64,000 nucleotides of DNA from Candidatus Anderseniibacteriota bacterium (GCA_040876835.1 JBBDOX010000007.1:7916-71915); one strand, 5' to 3'; shown: positions 1 through 9,171, counted from the stretch's first letter. Notes: generated from the sequence alone by a model not told the origin. Numbers and translations are program-made.

Positions 1-950
1 ACATTGCTACGGCTGTAAGTGGAGCACAGTCTGTTCTTGTGGCCGCCCACGCTCGACCTGATGGAGATGCACTGGGATCCACCCTCGCTCTTTTCCATAC
101 TCTTTCAGAACAAGGCAAGCAAGTGACGATGTATATCCCTGACCCGGCTCCGGACTTTTTTGCTTTCCTGCCTAGTATTGAGCAGATCACTCACGTTAAA
201 CCAGACACTAGTGCTTTTGATGTGTTTTTTATTGTGGACTGCACCTCGGCTGCCAGGGCCCAGCTAGCAGAAGAGGTGGCAGCTCACCCGAATGTAATCA
301 ACATTGATCATCATCGCGGCAACGCCGAAGAGGGCATTATTAATCTCATCGTACCGGAAGCTGCTGCTACCACGTATATTCTCTTCGAACTGTTTCAGTC
401 TCTTGGATGGCCAATTAACAAGGATGTAGCCACAAGTCTGCTGACAGGCATATTCACAGACACGGGCTCCTTCATGCACGACTCGGTCACTCCTGACTTA
501 CTAGAAATTGCCGCCTTCCTGATGAAAAAAGGGGCTCGCTTATCTCACATCGCTCACGAAACATATCAGAAAAAGGAGCTTCCTGGTCTTAAGATCTGGG
601 GACGGGTACTGTCGGGCATTACTATTGATTCTAAAACAGAAACAGCTGTTTCTGTTGTTACCCAGCAAGATCTTAAAGAATGCAACGCTACAATAGATGA
701 CTTGGAAGGAGTCGTGAGTATGATCAATACGCTTCCCGATACCAAACTCGCTATGCTGCTTGTGCAGCTGGGACCAGGAATGATCAAGGGCAGCTTGCGA
801 TCGGAGCCCCACAAGGGAGTGGACGTCAGCAAGCTTGCCAAACGCCTCGGGGGAGGCGGGCACACCCTAGCCGCTGGATTTGAGATTGAAGGGGACATAG
901 TTCGCGAAAATGATACGTGGCGCGTTATCCCTCCGGCATCAACATCATGA
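1..950 (+). CDS. DHH-family phosphoesterase (NrnA-like oligoribonuclease/pAp phosphatase), truncated at the 5' end by the window edge
   Basis: The reading frame is open from position 3 ('IATAVSGAQSVLVAAHARPDGDALGS...'). It carries the DHH motif 'NIDHHRGN' and the DHHA1 motif 'GGGGHTLAAG'. The first ATG/GTG of the ORF track at 39 is internal to the domain. Confidence 0.8.
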   Translation, partial: IATAVSGAQSVLVAAHARPDGDALGSTLALFHTLSEQGKQVTMYIPDPAPDFFAFLPSIEQITHVKPDTSAFDVFFIVDCTSAARAQLAEEVAAHPNVINIDHHRGNAEEGIINLIVPEAAATTYILFELFQSLGWPINKDVATSLLTGIFTDTGSFMHDSVTPDLLEIAAFLMKKGARLSHIAHETYQKKELPGLKIWGRVLSGITIDSKTETAVSVVTQQDLKECNATIDDLEGVVSMINTLPDTKLAMLLVQLGPGMIKGSLRSEPHKGVDVSKLAKRLGGGGHTLAAGFEIEGDIVRENDTWRVIPPASTS

Positions 951-1750
951 GCACAGTACGATTTCTTGTTTTCGGAGACGTGATGGGACGTCTGGGACGT
1001 GCTGGTATTACCCGGATATTGCCGGCATTGCGTGAAGAGCACCATCCTGATGCTATTATCATCAACATTGAAAACATGGCTCACGGTAAAGGAGTCTCGC
1101 CAAGCACTCTCCAGGAAGCGCTGACATGGAAGGCTGATGTATACACGACAGGAGACCACGCCTGGGATTACAAAACAGCTGATGAGCTGCTGAATGACTC
1201 CAGGACCCCCATGATTCGTCCCGCCAATTACTCTGATAATTTTTCAGGGCGGGGGTATCACATATTTTCAATGGGCTTGGTTACGGTTGCTGTCATGCAA
1301 CTTCAGGGACAGGTTTTCATGAAGACGGAACCTGCTAATCCTTTTCGTGATCTTGATCGCTTGCTTAAAATTCCAGCAATCGCTGCCGCGGATATTCGTC
1401 TGCTCGACTTTCATGCCGAGGCCACCAGCGAAAAACGAGGTATGGGCTGGCATGGAGACGGGCGAATATCGGCGATGTGGGGAACTCACACACATATCCC
1501 CACAGCCGATGCTCAGATCCTGCCGGAAGGAACAGGCTATATCTCCGACGTTGGTATGAATGGTGCCTATTATTCAATTATTGGAATGGCACCCGACGGG
1601 CCACTATATCGCTTCCGTACTGATCACAAAGCCCGTCTAGAGCCCCCCAATGAGGGGCCAATTGAGATTAATGCTGTACGCTTTGATATTGATCCGACCA
1701 ATAGTAAAACAACTGACATTGCGTTTATTCGAAAAATCCTGAATGATTAA
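947..1750 (+). CDS. YmdB-like metallophosphoesterase (TIGR00282 family; 2',3'-cyclic nucleotide phosphodiesterase-like)
   Basis: The N-terminus 'MSTVRFLVFGDVMGRLGR...' and 'GDHAWD' are typical of YmdB. The ATG at 947 overlaps the upstream stop in an ATGA arrangement. The ORF track start at 917 is a longer alternative. Confidence 0.75.
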   Translation: MSTVRFLVFGDVMGRLGRAGITRILPALREEHHPDAIIINIENMAHGKGVSPSTLQEALTWKADVYTTGDHAWDYKTADELLNDSRTPMIRPANYSDNFSGRGYHIFSMGLVTVAVMQLQGQVFMKTEPANPFRDLDRLLKIPAIAAADIRLLDFHAEATSEKRGMGWHGDGRISAMWGTHTHIPTADAQILPEGTGYISDVGMNGAYYSIIGMAPDGPLYRFRTDHKARLEPPNEGPIEINAVRFDIDPTNSKTTDIAFIRKILND

Positions 1751-1795
1751 GAAGAAGTTTAGACGTTTATAAAGCCAATTGGAGGTGAACCATCT

Positions 1796-2074
1796 ATGTT
1801 AAACAAACAATCCCTGATTGACCGCGTTACAGATATTACCCGCCTGCCGCGCAAACATGTTGAAGAGGTTATCAATGCTTTTCTCGACCTCGTTATCGAA
1901 AAATTATCGATGGACCAAAAAATTAACTTGTCAGGATTTGGTATTTTTGAAGTAAAAGTCCGCAAAGGACGGCGGGGGGTTAACCCTCGAAATCCCGATG
2001 AAGAGATTCGTGTTCCTGATGTGCGAGTAGCCAAGTTCCGCGCTGGAAAAACTCTAAAAGAAGCAGTTAAATAA
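1796..2074 (+). CDS. hup: HU-family histone-like DNA-binding protein
   Basis: The 92 aa product 'MLNKQSLIDRV...GFGIFEVKVRKGRRGVNPRNPDEEIRVPDVRVAKFRAGKTLKEAV' matches the HU/IHF fold signature. The RBS is 'ggaggtgaacc'. Confidence 0.9.
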   Translation: MLNKQSLIDRVTDITRLPRKHVEEVINAFLDLVIEKLSMDQKINLSGFGIFEVKVRKGRRGVNPRNPDEEIRVPDVRVAKFRAGKTLKEAVK

Positions 2075-2100
2075 TTGCTTGACTTTATAGCCTGAAATTG

Positions 2101-2127
2101 ATTAACTGGCACAATCAGTTAATTTTT
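2101..2127 (+). terminator. Rho-independent terminator after the HU gene
   Basis: An 8 bp stem 'attaactg'/'cagttaat' with loop 'gcacaat' is followed by 'ttttt'. Confidence 0.55.
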
Positions 2128-2198
2128 CGGGGCGTCGTATACCGGTAGTACGCATGGTTTGGGACCATGTAGATTGGGTTCGATTCCCAACGCCCCGA
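2128..2198 (+). tRNA. tRNA-Pro (anticodon TGG)
   Basis: Hand-folded cloverleaf. The acceptor is cggggcg/cgccccg and the anticodon stem is catgg/ccatg. The loop 'tttggga' gives anticodon TGG with G37. The T-arm is ttggg-ttcgatt-cccaa. CCA is not encoded. Confidence 0.6.
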
Positions 2199-2227
2199 CA
2201 CATATTGTAGTGGTATACTTAAAGTAG

Positions 2228-2596
2228 ATGAATTCCACTGGCACCCTCGTCATACTACTGCTTGTCTTTTTGACAGCCATCCTTATTGCCCTTATTCGGG
2301 CTGAAGGTGGACTGCAGCCTACATTAGAGCGTGCTGCGGAGTTTAATATCCCAACACCCAAGCCTCGGCCTTCAACTTCACCTACTTCCAGTAGTGCTAA
2401 CCCGTTCACTTCTGGTAATTCGCGGTTTAGTCAGGGTCGGTGTACTACAGATACAGAATGCCGCCCCAGCGGTTGTGGTGGGGAAGTGTGTACGAGCACA
2501 GGAGATGTCATAACAACATGCGAATACAGTGATTCCTTTCCTGACGCTCAAGGACTGTCCTGTGGGTGTGTTAATACTGTTTGTGGGTGGAAATAG
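2228..2596 (+). CDS. Small secreted cysteine-rich protein (hypothetical)
   Basis: An N-terminal hydrophobic signal/anchor is followed by a Pro/Ser linker. The C-terminal module 'CTTDTECRPSGCGGEVCTSTGDVITTCEY...GLSCGCVNTVCGW' carries about 10 Cys. Confidence 0.45.
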   Translation: MNSTGTLVILLLVFLTAILIALIRAEGGLQPTLERAAEFNIPTPKPRPSTSPTSSSANPFTSGNSRFSQGRCTTDTECRPSGCGGEVCTSTGDVITTCEYSDSFPDAQGLSCGCVNTVCGWK

Positions 2597-2613
2597 GACG
2601 GGGAAGTAGTTTG

Positions 2614-2684
2614 AGCGAGTGAGGGGAATCGAACCCCTGGCATCAGCTTGGAAAGCTGAGGTATTACCATTATACGACACTCGC
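2614..2684 (-). tRNA. tRNA-Gly (anticodon TCC)
   Basis: Reverse-complement cloverleaf. The acceptor is gcgagtg/cactcgc, the D-stem gtat/atac, and the anticodon stem tcagc/gctga. The loop 'tttccaa' gives anticodon TCC. The T-arm is agggg-ttcgatt-cccct. Confidence 0.6.
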
Positions 2685-2730
2685 GTAGTATATCTTGTTT
2701 ACGGCAAATATTTCGGAGCGTCAACCTCTC

Positions 2731-2759
2731 TTGGGCTCTGGTTCTAGCATGATATAATA
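2731..2759 (+). promoter_or_regulatory. Sigma70-like promoter (TTGGGC-17 nt-TATAAT) for the downstream membrane-protein gene
   Basis: -35 'ttgggc' is at 2731-2736 and -10 'tataat' at 2754-2759, with a 17 nt spacer. Confidence 0.4.
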
Positions 2760-2764
2760 GTGAA

Positions 2765-3184
2765 ATGAAATACGGCCGATACGGATGGTCACATCTGTTT
2801 ATGAGCTGGGGGTTAGGAATAGTTTTTTTATGGATTGGTTTCGACATGCTGCGTCATCCAGAGTCCTGGATTGGTTTCCTGCCTCAGCGTATTCCTTTTG
2901 ATCTCTCCCGAGAAACCGCCCTGCAGATAAATGGAATTATGGATGCAGCTCTTGGTGCCCTTCTCATTCTGCGCTGGTGGCAGAAAATCGTCGCTATTAT
3001 TGCTGCTGGTCACCTGATTGGTGTTGTAGCATATAACGGTATTGATGCTGTTTTGATTCGAGACATCGGATTACTTGGTACAGCCATTGCGCTACTGCTC
3101 TGGCCAACCAAGTATCGCAAGCGCCGGTTTTCCAGAATCTTTACACGGTCCAGCAGATCGTCCGATGAGGGTGATACTGAATAA
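2765..3184 (+). CDS. Small integral membrane protein (hypothetical)
   Basis: The 139 aa product has several hydrophobic helices ('WGLGIVFLWIGF', 'ALGALLILRWW', 'LLGTAIALLLWP'). Confidence 0.45.
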   Translation: MKYGRYGWSHLFMSWGLGIVFLWIGFDMLRHPESWIGFLPQRIPFDLSRETALQINGIMDAALGALLILRWWQKIVAIIAAGHLIGVVAYNGIDAVLIRDIGLLGTAIALLLWPTKYRKRRFSRIFTRSSRSSDEGDTE

Positions 3185-3206
3185 CATAAAATATCTTTCA
3201 AGCCAG

Positions 3207-3238
3207 TAAAACAGCTCACAATACCGTGAGCTGTTTTT
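3207..3238. terminator. Bidirectional rho-independent terminator between convergent genes
   Basis: A perfect 11 bp stem 'aaacagctcac'/'gtgagctgttt' with loop 'aatacc' is flanked by an A-run upstream and a T-run downstream. Confidence 0.6.
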
Positions 3239-3257
3239 ACCTCTAACTTTCTAGACC

Positions 3258-4397
3258 TTAGAACACTGCCATTGGATTTGTCGGCTTGCCGTTACGTCGT
3301 ACTTCAAAGTGAACGTGGGGTCCAGTAGATCGTCCGGTTGAACCCATCTTTCCGATGGCATCCCCACTCGAGACTTTTTGACCCTTAGCTACATAGAATG
3401 CATCCAAGTGAGCGTAGTAGGTGGTAAGACCACCGCCGTGATTGATAATGATAAGATTGCCATATCCACCGAGCCAGCCACGGAATTCCACCACTCCACC
3501 CTGAGAGGCAAAGACTGACGGGCGAGAACGGTTATCAATATCAATACCGGTGTGACCGCCACGGAAGTACTGCGAGATGTGCTTGCTTGTTGTTGGCCAG
3601 ACCCATCCGCCGCCGGGAGATACCGGAGCCGGTTCTGGTGTGGGGCCTGATTCTTCTTCGCGGGCAATGCGAGTATTTCCAGAGACCACCGCAGGGGCGG
3701 AGCGTTGTTCAACATACCCATCAGGTACTATCAGTTTTTGACCAATCGAAAGACGTGATCCGTCTCCCAGGTTGTTGTAGGTTAGAACATCCGCAGCCTT
3801 AGCATCGTATTTGTTTGCAATACCCAACACCGTATCTCCGGAGGTAACCGTATGCAGTACCCCTGTCGTAGGCAGAATTGTTATATGGTCTCCAGCCTTA
3901 ATAACAGTCTTGCTATTAAGTCCGTTGGCCCATAGGACTGTATTAACACTGACATCAAACTTGGCGGCAATTCCGGCAATGGTATCGTCTTCCTGAACAG
4001 TATACACATGCGGCTTGCCGGGGGTAGAGGGGCGAGGATCACCTGCATCTCCACTGTCCTCACTCCCAGGCTCTGGGACTACCGGTTGCAGAGGCGCTAC
4101 CACGGCGTTACCACCTAGGGTTTGAGCAAATGTGACTTCAGGGTCATCAAAGGTAATGAGGTTAACGTCCGAGGCATCCACGACTGCTAAACGAGCACCG
4201 CCTGTACCCGGAGCATCAGTTTGGGCATAGGCGGAAGGATCGAGAGGGCCTTCAGTAATCTCTTCGCCGGAAATAAGAGAGTAGAGAAGTGAGCTACGAT
4301 CAATGGTAGTAGTTTGCTGACTTTGCCAGACAACGGCCGTCATTAAACCAAAAAAGGCAGCATGGACAGCTGACTTTTTCGTAAGTCCACCCCGCAC
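3258..4397 (-). CDS. LysM-domain M23 (LytM-type) peptidoglycan endopeptidase
   Basis: Two LysM motifs are present ('GDTIAGIAAKFDVSVNTVLWANGL' and 'GDTVLGIANKYDAKAADVLTYNNL'). The C-terminal M23 motifs are 'HTGIDI', 'GNLIIINHGGGLTTYYAHL' and 'GSTGRSTGPHVHFEV'. Confidence 0.85.
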   Translation of the reverse strand: MRGGLTKKSAVHAAFFGLMTAVVWQSQQTTTIDRSSLLYSLISGEEITEGPLDPSAYAQTDAPGTGGARLAVVDASDVNLITFDDPEVTFAQTLGGNAVVAPLQPVVPEPGSEDSGDAGDPRPSTPGKPHVYTVQEDDTIAGIAAKFDVSVNTVLWANGLNSKTVIKAGDHITILPTTGVLHTVTSGDTVLGIANKYDAKAADVLTYNNLGDGSRLSIGQKLIVPDGYVEQRSAPAVVSGNTRIAREEESGPTPEPAPVSPGGGWVWPTTSKHISQYFRGGHTGIDIDNRSRPSVFASQGGVVEFRGWLGGYGNLIIINHGGGLTTYYAHLDAFYVAKGQKVSSGDAIGKMGSTGRSTGPHVHFEVRRNGKPTNPMAVF

Positions 4398-4617
4398 CCG
4401 AGCAGCAATCTTGGTTGAAGAAGACTGCGCACGGTCCTTCCCATGCAGGTCATTGATATAGTTGCGGCGAAGCGAAGAAGTGAATCTACGCTTTAGTTGT
4501 CGCTTTGGTAAAATATATGGATTCCTTCGTCGAGATACGGCCCCCCTCTAAAGCCTTTCAAATCGCGCGTATCTACTGACAAAATGAGTATGTTTGTGTT
4601 GAATCCTTGTTTATATT

Positions 4618-4635
4618 TGTCAGGTTGCCCTGACA
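4618..4635. promoter_or_regulatory. Palindrome TGTCAGG-N4-CCTGACA in the divergent promoter region upstream of the UvrD/PcrA helicase gene
   Basis: 'tgtcaggttgccctgaca' is a perfect 7 bp inverted repeat. A second inverted repeat 'ctgacaaa' (4576-4583) / 'tttgtcag' (4616-4623) overlaps it. A TTGACA -35-like hexamer is at 4682-4687 and an exact DnaA box 'tgtggataa' at 4763-4771. Confidence 0.35.
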
Positions 4636-4793
4636 CTTATGACAAGAAGGCATTGTAGGCGACTACCGGGTGGGGTCAACATTGACATTATGCCACTTTA
4701 TTGTGAATTATGGCACATTTTGCCCTCTGCGGGTAAACACCCCTATATATTGATATTTTTCGTGTGGATAACCATTTCGAGTATACTTAGGGG

Positions 4794-6926
4794 ATGCAAA
4801 ATCCCCTTCATGGCCTCAACGAGCAGCAGCAGCAAGTCGTACAGGCCACCCACGGGCCACTGTTAGTACTAGCGGGCGCGGGATCAGGAAAAACCAAAGC
4901 CTTAACCCACCGGATCGCCTATTTACTAACCCAGGGTATCGCTGCCCCTCACCAGATTGCTGCCGTTACGTTTACTAATAAGGCGGCCAAGGAAATGAAG
5001 GAGCGCATAGGCAGACTCCTGCCATCCTCTGATTTATTACCTTCAGCTGTCAGCACCTTTCACAGCCTGGGAGTTAAGCTACTCCGGGAACAAGTAATTT
5101 ATACAGCCCGTGCAAAAGCCTTTACCATCATGGACAGCTCAGACAGTGAGAAGATTGTCCGCACGACCCTCAAGGAGCAAAATATCAGTTTACGCGACGT
5201 AAGCCCGCGCACCATGCGACAGCGTATCTCCACTGCTAAGAACGCAGGGCAGACTCCGCAGCATATTCTCACGCACGCTGAGAATCCATCCGACGAATTA
5301 CTAGGTCGATCGTTTGCCCGCTATGAAGAGCTGCTGGCTAAAAGTAATGCATACGATTTTGACGATCTATTACTGGAACCGGTTCGTCTCCTGGATCAGC
5401 ATCCGGAGGTTCGAGCGATGTATCAAGCCCGCTGGCGCTTTTTATCAGTCGATGAGTATCAGGATACAAACCCTATCCAGGATCGCTTACTGCGCCTACT
5501 GCTTGGTTCGGAGCAAAACATCTGCGTCGTAGGCGACGACTATCAGGCAATCTACTCTTGGCGAGGTGCTAATGTTGATCACATTCTGCGATTTGAGCAG
5601 CATTACCCCAACTGTCAGGTTATATACCTAACCCAGAATTACCGATCCACTCCTCAAATTCTGGAAGCGGCCAACGTCGTCATTGCCCATAATACGGAGC
5701 AAAAGCACAAGGAGTTATGGACGACAAATAAAACAGGTAACTCAGTACAATTAAATACTCTGGCATCCGACCGACAGGAAGCAGGCTGGGTGCGAGAACA
5801 AATCCAGGACCACGTACGCGAGGGAGGCCAGCTACGCGATTGTGCCATCTTGTATCGCACCAACGCTCAATCCCGTCTTTTTGAAGAAGAGTTTTTAACT
5901 CACCGGATGCCTTACACTATTGTTGGTGGATTCCGCTTCTATGATCGACGAGAAATTAAAGATGCCTTAGCTTTTCTTTATGCTTGGATAAATCCTTCAG
6001 CGCGACTGCCTCTCGAGCGCATCGCCAGCGCCCTATTGCAACGCATTGGACCTAAAACGATTGATCGATGGGAAAACGCAGCCCAGCAACAGGGCATTCC
6101 TCTGCGAACGTACATACTGCAGGAAGCAACCACAAAGCCGCAGCTCCGAGCGCTGGCCAAGGCCTTTCGGCAAGCTGAAGGAAAAGAGTATGAACATGTT
6201 TCAGATCTTTTACGTGACCTCCTAATCACAAGTGGGTATATAGATAGCCTAAAATCCGACCCCGAGGGAGAGGAGCGTGAACAGAATATCGAGGAACTAT
6301 ACACCGTCGCGTCAGCATATACCGATCTGGAAACCTTTCTGGAAGACGTCGCTCTCTTAAGTGACCTGGACACCATGGAGGAGTCTTCTGATCGCGTGAC
6401 CTGTATGACCCTCCACGCCTCCAAAGGCCTGGAGTTTCCAGTGGTATTTGTGGTCGGTCTGGAAGAAGGTCTACTGCCACACATTAATAGCTTTGACTCC
6501 CAGGCTTCAATGGAAGAAGAGCGCCGCCTGCTGTACGTGGGGATGACGCGCGCCCGACAGAAGCTAATGATTACTCACGCTGCCCAACGCTACCGCGCTG
6601 GAGAGATGACTCCCCAACTGCCTTCACGCTTTTTGGACCACTTACCCGAACAGGTTGAGCGCATCTCACACTCGTCGGCGCTATCTGGTCTTGCTTTTGA
6701 TAATGATGCGAGTGATGACCTTCATTCGTTCCTCCTACAAGCGACCCCCGCAGTGGTAACAAGCGGGGAACCCGTGATGACTCACGTAAGCGCGGGTGAA
6801 TTTGTAAACCATCCTCAGTTCGGTCGGGGAGTAGTGATTGACACAACTGGCCAATATATTACCTGCGTGTTCGAACGACATGGCGTAAAACAGGTAGAAA
6901 GCTCAACGGTTGCTCCCCCTCTGTGA
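4794..6926 (+). CDS. uvrD: UvrD/PcrA-family ATP-dependent DNA helicase
   Basis: The Walker A motif is 'GAGSGKTKALTHRIAYLL'. Other helicase motifs include 'DEYQDTNP', 'VVGDDYQAIYSWRGA', 'QNYRST' and 'VTCMTLHASKGLEFPVVFVVG'. The UvrD-type C-terminal tail is 'GEFVNHPQFGRGVV'. Confidence 0.9.
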   Translation: MQNPLHGLNEQQQQVVQATHGPLLVLAGAGSGKTKALTHRIAYLLTQGIAAPHQIAAVTFTNKAAKEMKERIGRLLPSSDLLPSAVSTFHSLGVKLLREQVIYTARAKAFTIMDSSDSEKIVRTTLKEQNISLRDVSPRTMRQRISTAKNAGQTPQHILTHAENPSDELLGRSFARYEELLAKSNAYDFDDLLLEPVRLLDQHPEVRAMYQARWRFLSVDEYQDTNPIQDRLLRLLLGSEQNICVVGDDYQAIYSWRGANVDHILRFEQHYPNCQVIYLTQNYRSTPQILEAANVVIAHNTEQKHKELWTTNKTGNSVQLNTLASDRQEAGWVREQIQDHVREGGQLRDCAILYRTNAQSRLFEEEFLTHRMPYTIVGGFRFYDRREIKDALAFLYAWINPSARLPLERIASALLQRIGPKTIDRWENAAQQQGIPLRTYILQEATTKPQLRALAKAFRQAEGKEYEHVSDLLRDLLITSGYIDSLKSDPEGEEREQNIEELYTVASAYTDLETFLEDVALLSDLDTMEESSDRVTCMTLHASKGLEFPVVFVVGLEEGLLPHINSFDSQASMEEERRLLYVGMTRARQKLMITHAAQRYRAGEMTPQLPSRFLDHLPEQVERISHSSALSGLAFDNDASDDLHSFLLQATPAVVTSGEPVMTHVSAGEFVNHPQFGRGVVIDTTGQYITCVFERHGVKQVESSTVAPPL

Positions 6927-7765
6927 TCCCGCGCTTATCCGACATCACGCAACTTCGAGATTTTCTGGATCATCACAACATATCCCCTTCAAAGTCGATG
7001 GGACAGAATTTTCTCGTATCCGAAGAAGTAGTTGAAAGTATCGTAGAGGTAGCCCAAACGGGACCTCGCACCGTCACCGAGCTCGGCTCAGGGGTTGGTG
7101 TGCTCACTCAGGCCCTTGTTGAAAGCGGTTTTATGCTTCGAGCGATTGAAAAAGACGATGAATTTGCAGCCCTGTTGCCCTCGGTTATCTCTCCCAAAAA
7201 ACGTTCCAAGCTCACAGTTATTCATGAAGACTTAAAGGACGTTTCCTGGTCCCACGAAGAGCCCTATCAACTGATCGGAAATATTCCCTATAACCTGTCA
7301 GGATATATTTTCCGAATGCTTACTCAACTTGAACCTGCTCCAGTGCAGGCGATGCTGTTAGTTCAAAAAGAGGTAGGGCAGAGAGCTGTTGCCATACCGC
7401 CTGACATGAACCTTTTGAGTCTGGCAATTTCTCTGTGGGGGACCGCTCAGAAAGTGCTTAACGTCCCACCGAACTGTTTCTGGCCTCAACCCACCATTCA
7501 CTCGCAAATACTTCTTTTAGCTCCGCACACTCCGCCGTATCTTCCGGTAGAAAAACGAGAAGCAACTATGGGTATTGCCCGAGTATTCTTCCAGCAAAAA
7601 CGAAAACAAATCGGCGGAACTTTAAAGCGAGCACTGCACGCCCCGGACACCCTGCTATTACAAATAGAATCAGCCGGTATTTCACTTGATAGCCGGCCGC
7701 AGGAGCTCTCTGCTGAACAGTGGTACACTATATCAAAGCTATGCAAAAACGCTGGATTAGGCTGA
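6923..7765 (+). CDS. rsmA: 16S rRNA (adenine1518/1519-N6)-dimethyltransferase RsmA/KsgA
   Basis: 'MGQNFLVSEEVVESIVE' and the SAM-binding 'ELGSGVGVLTQAL' are present, with 'IGNIPYNLS'. The start overlaps the uvrD stop by 4 nt. Confidence 0.9.
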   Translation: MIPRLSDITQLRDFLDHHNISPSKSMGQNFLVSEEVVESIVEVAQTGPRTVTELGSGVGVLTQALVESGFMLRAIEKDDEFAALLPSVISPKKRSKLTVIHEDLKDVSWSHEEPYQLIGNIPYNLSGYIFRMLTQLEPAPVQAMLLVQKEVGQRAVAIPPDMNLLSLAISLWGTAQKVLNVPPNCFWPQPTIHSQILLLAPHTPPYLPVEKREATMGIARVFFQQKRKQIGGTLKRALHAPDTLLLQIESAGISLDSRPQELSAEQWYTISKLCKNAGLG

Positions 7766-9147
7766 TCATCATCGCCCTCCTTGTGCTGCTAACGACCCTT
7801 GGGGCATGGTGGTTTTTTAGTCGTTCATCAGATATACCTGATGAAGATGGCTTATCTTTTTTTCAGTTTCCTACACCCGGGGATCGAACTGACCCTTTCG
7901 AACAAGAAGAAAGCCCCACAGCCGACGATACATCTAGCTCAGACACGCAGCCTCCACAATCTACGGACAACATCGCGGTAACCGTGCGCTATCAACGAGG
8001 GGACTCGTTTTCCTTGAGCATTACTGAGGCTACCTACAGCCCAAATCAACCAACAATTGCCCAGTACACCCCTCCAGGCGATAGCCCTTATTCTCAAGTT
8101 CAACTCCTTGATGCCAGCGGATCTGTTATTTCAGAGTACCGATTCGCTATTTCCACCCGCGGAATATTAGAAGGGCCCAATATTCAACATCAAACACTTG
8201 ATCTTCCCGAGAGCACTGCGTATCTCATTCTCCCTTCACCCCAGAAACAGGCGACCCATGTACGAATTATGGGCGCCAACGGGCAAGAGTTTGATAGGCA
8301 GGCGCTACCGGACATACCCATTACTAGTCTGCCTAACAATCCTTTGGCTTGGCTACGTCAGCTCGTTCCTGCAAATGTTTGGGCTCAATCAGGTTCTGAC
8401 AGCCGTTTCACTATTGTCGTTATTAACGAAACTACCGTATCGCCCAGCTCAGTGGATCCTGTCATAGTCGTCACAAGAGGCATCCTCGGTATTGATCCCT
8501 GGCGAATGTTCGCGGGGCAAGTCGACGTGGTACCGATCTATAACCAAAGTACGCTCCTGGGCTGCAATGTTGGATCGGGACAACCAATTTCATGTAAAGA
8601 CGATGCGCATGTAATGAAAACAGTCGCCAAGGAAGTTCCAGATTGGGACGCTATCCTAGTGGTAACTAACCTCGATTGCAACGACTGCGGGTACGTAGGT
8701 GAGACCTTCCCGCCAATTGCTGTGGTTGGAACTGCGGCTACTGTAAACTTAATAGTTCATGAGCTGGGACACGCCATTGGCAAATTACTGGACGAGTACT
8801 TATATCAACATGCCGATTTTCCAGACCAGCAGCCCCGCTACACCGGACCAAATTGTTTTAAAACTATTGATGAATGTCGCGCGGCTCTTGAGCCCTACCT
8901 AGGAGATCCACATGGAGAGTGCGCCGCTGGCTGTAACGGGGGCTCTAATGTAACCTTCCGTCCCGCCACCCGCATCATGCACAACACATTTATCCCGTTG
9001 GTGTTTGGTCCAGTTGAGCGATGTATTATGGGCAAAGCGATTGCCAAGGGTATTGGTCGAACATATGAGTGTACCCCTCAAACTTCGCCCGTACCTGATC
9101 CTACTCCCACCAACACCCCTGGAACATATTGGGGATGGTATCGGTAA
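7741..9147 (+). CDS. Membrane-anchored secreted zinc metallopeptidase (HExxH), hypothetical
   Basis: The N-terminal TM anchor is 'WIRLIIIALLVLLTTLGAWWFF'. The C-terminal region carries 'VNLIVHELGHAIGKLLDEYLY' plus several Cys. The start could be ATG 7741 or GTG 7720. Confidence 0.5.
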   Translation: MQKRWIRLIIIALLVLLTTLGAWWFFSRSSDIPDEDGLSFFQFPTPGDRTDPFEQEESPTADDTSSSDTQPPQSTDNIAVTVRYQRGDSFSLSITEATYSPNQPTIAQYTPPGDSPYSQVQLLDASGSVISEYRFAISTRGILEGPNIQHQTLDLPESTAYLILPSPQKQATHVRIMGANGQEFDRQALPDIPITSLPNNPLAWLRQLVPANVWAQSGSDSRFTIVVINETTVSPSSVDPVIVVTRGILGIDPWRMFAGQVDVVPIYNQSTLLGCNVGSGQPISCKDDAHVMKTVAKEVPDWDAILVVTNLDCNDCGYVGETFPPIAVVGTAATVNLIVHELGHAIGKLLDEYLYQHADFPDQQPRYTGPNCFKTIDECRAALEPYLGDPHGECAAGCNGGSNVTFRPATRIMHNTFIPLVFGPVERCIMGKAIAKGIGRTYECTPQTSPVPDPTPTNTPGTYWGWYR

Positions 9148-9171
9148 AGATGTGATATATTAAGAGGTAAT

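Noticed and set aside
39-950. GTG at 39 as the start of the DHH phosphoesterase
   Set aside because: The frame is open to the window edge and the upstream residues continue the NrnA N-terminal domain, so the gene is 5'-truncated rather than starting at 39.
566-1159. A 197 aa minus-strand ORF, one of many antisense ORFs of 60-200 aa (others include 5978-6484, 15885-16268, 26137-26778, 45975-46319, 54262-54867 and 59500-59973)
   Set aside because: These lie entirely inside well-supported genes on the opposite strand and have low-complexity or implausible translations. They are shadow ORFs.
2075-2227. Promoter assignment for tRNA-Pro ('ttgact...gattaac')
   Set aside because: Spacing to any -10-like hexamer was unconvincing. 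The tRNA may be co-transcribed with the HU gene through a leaky terminator.
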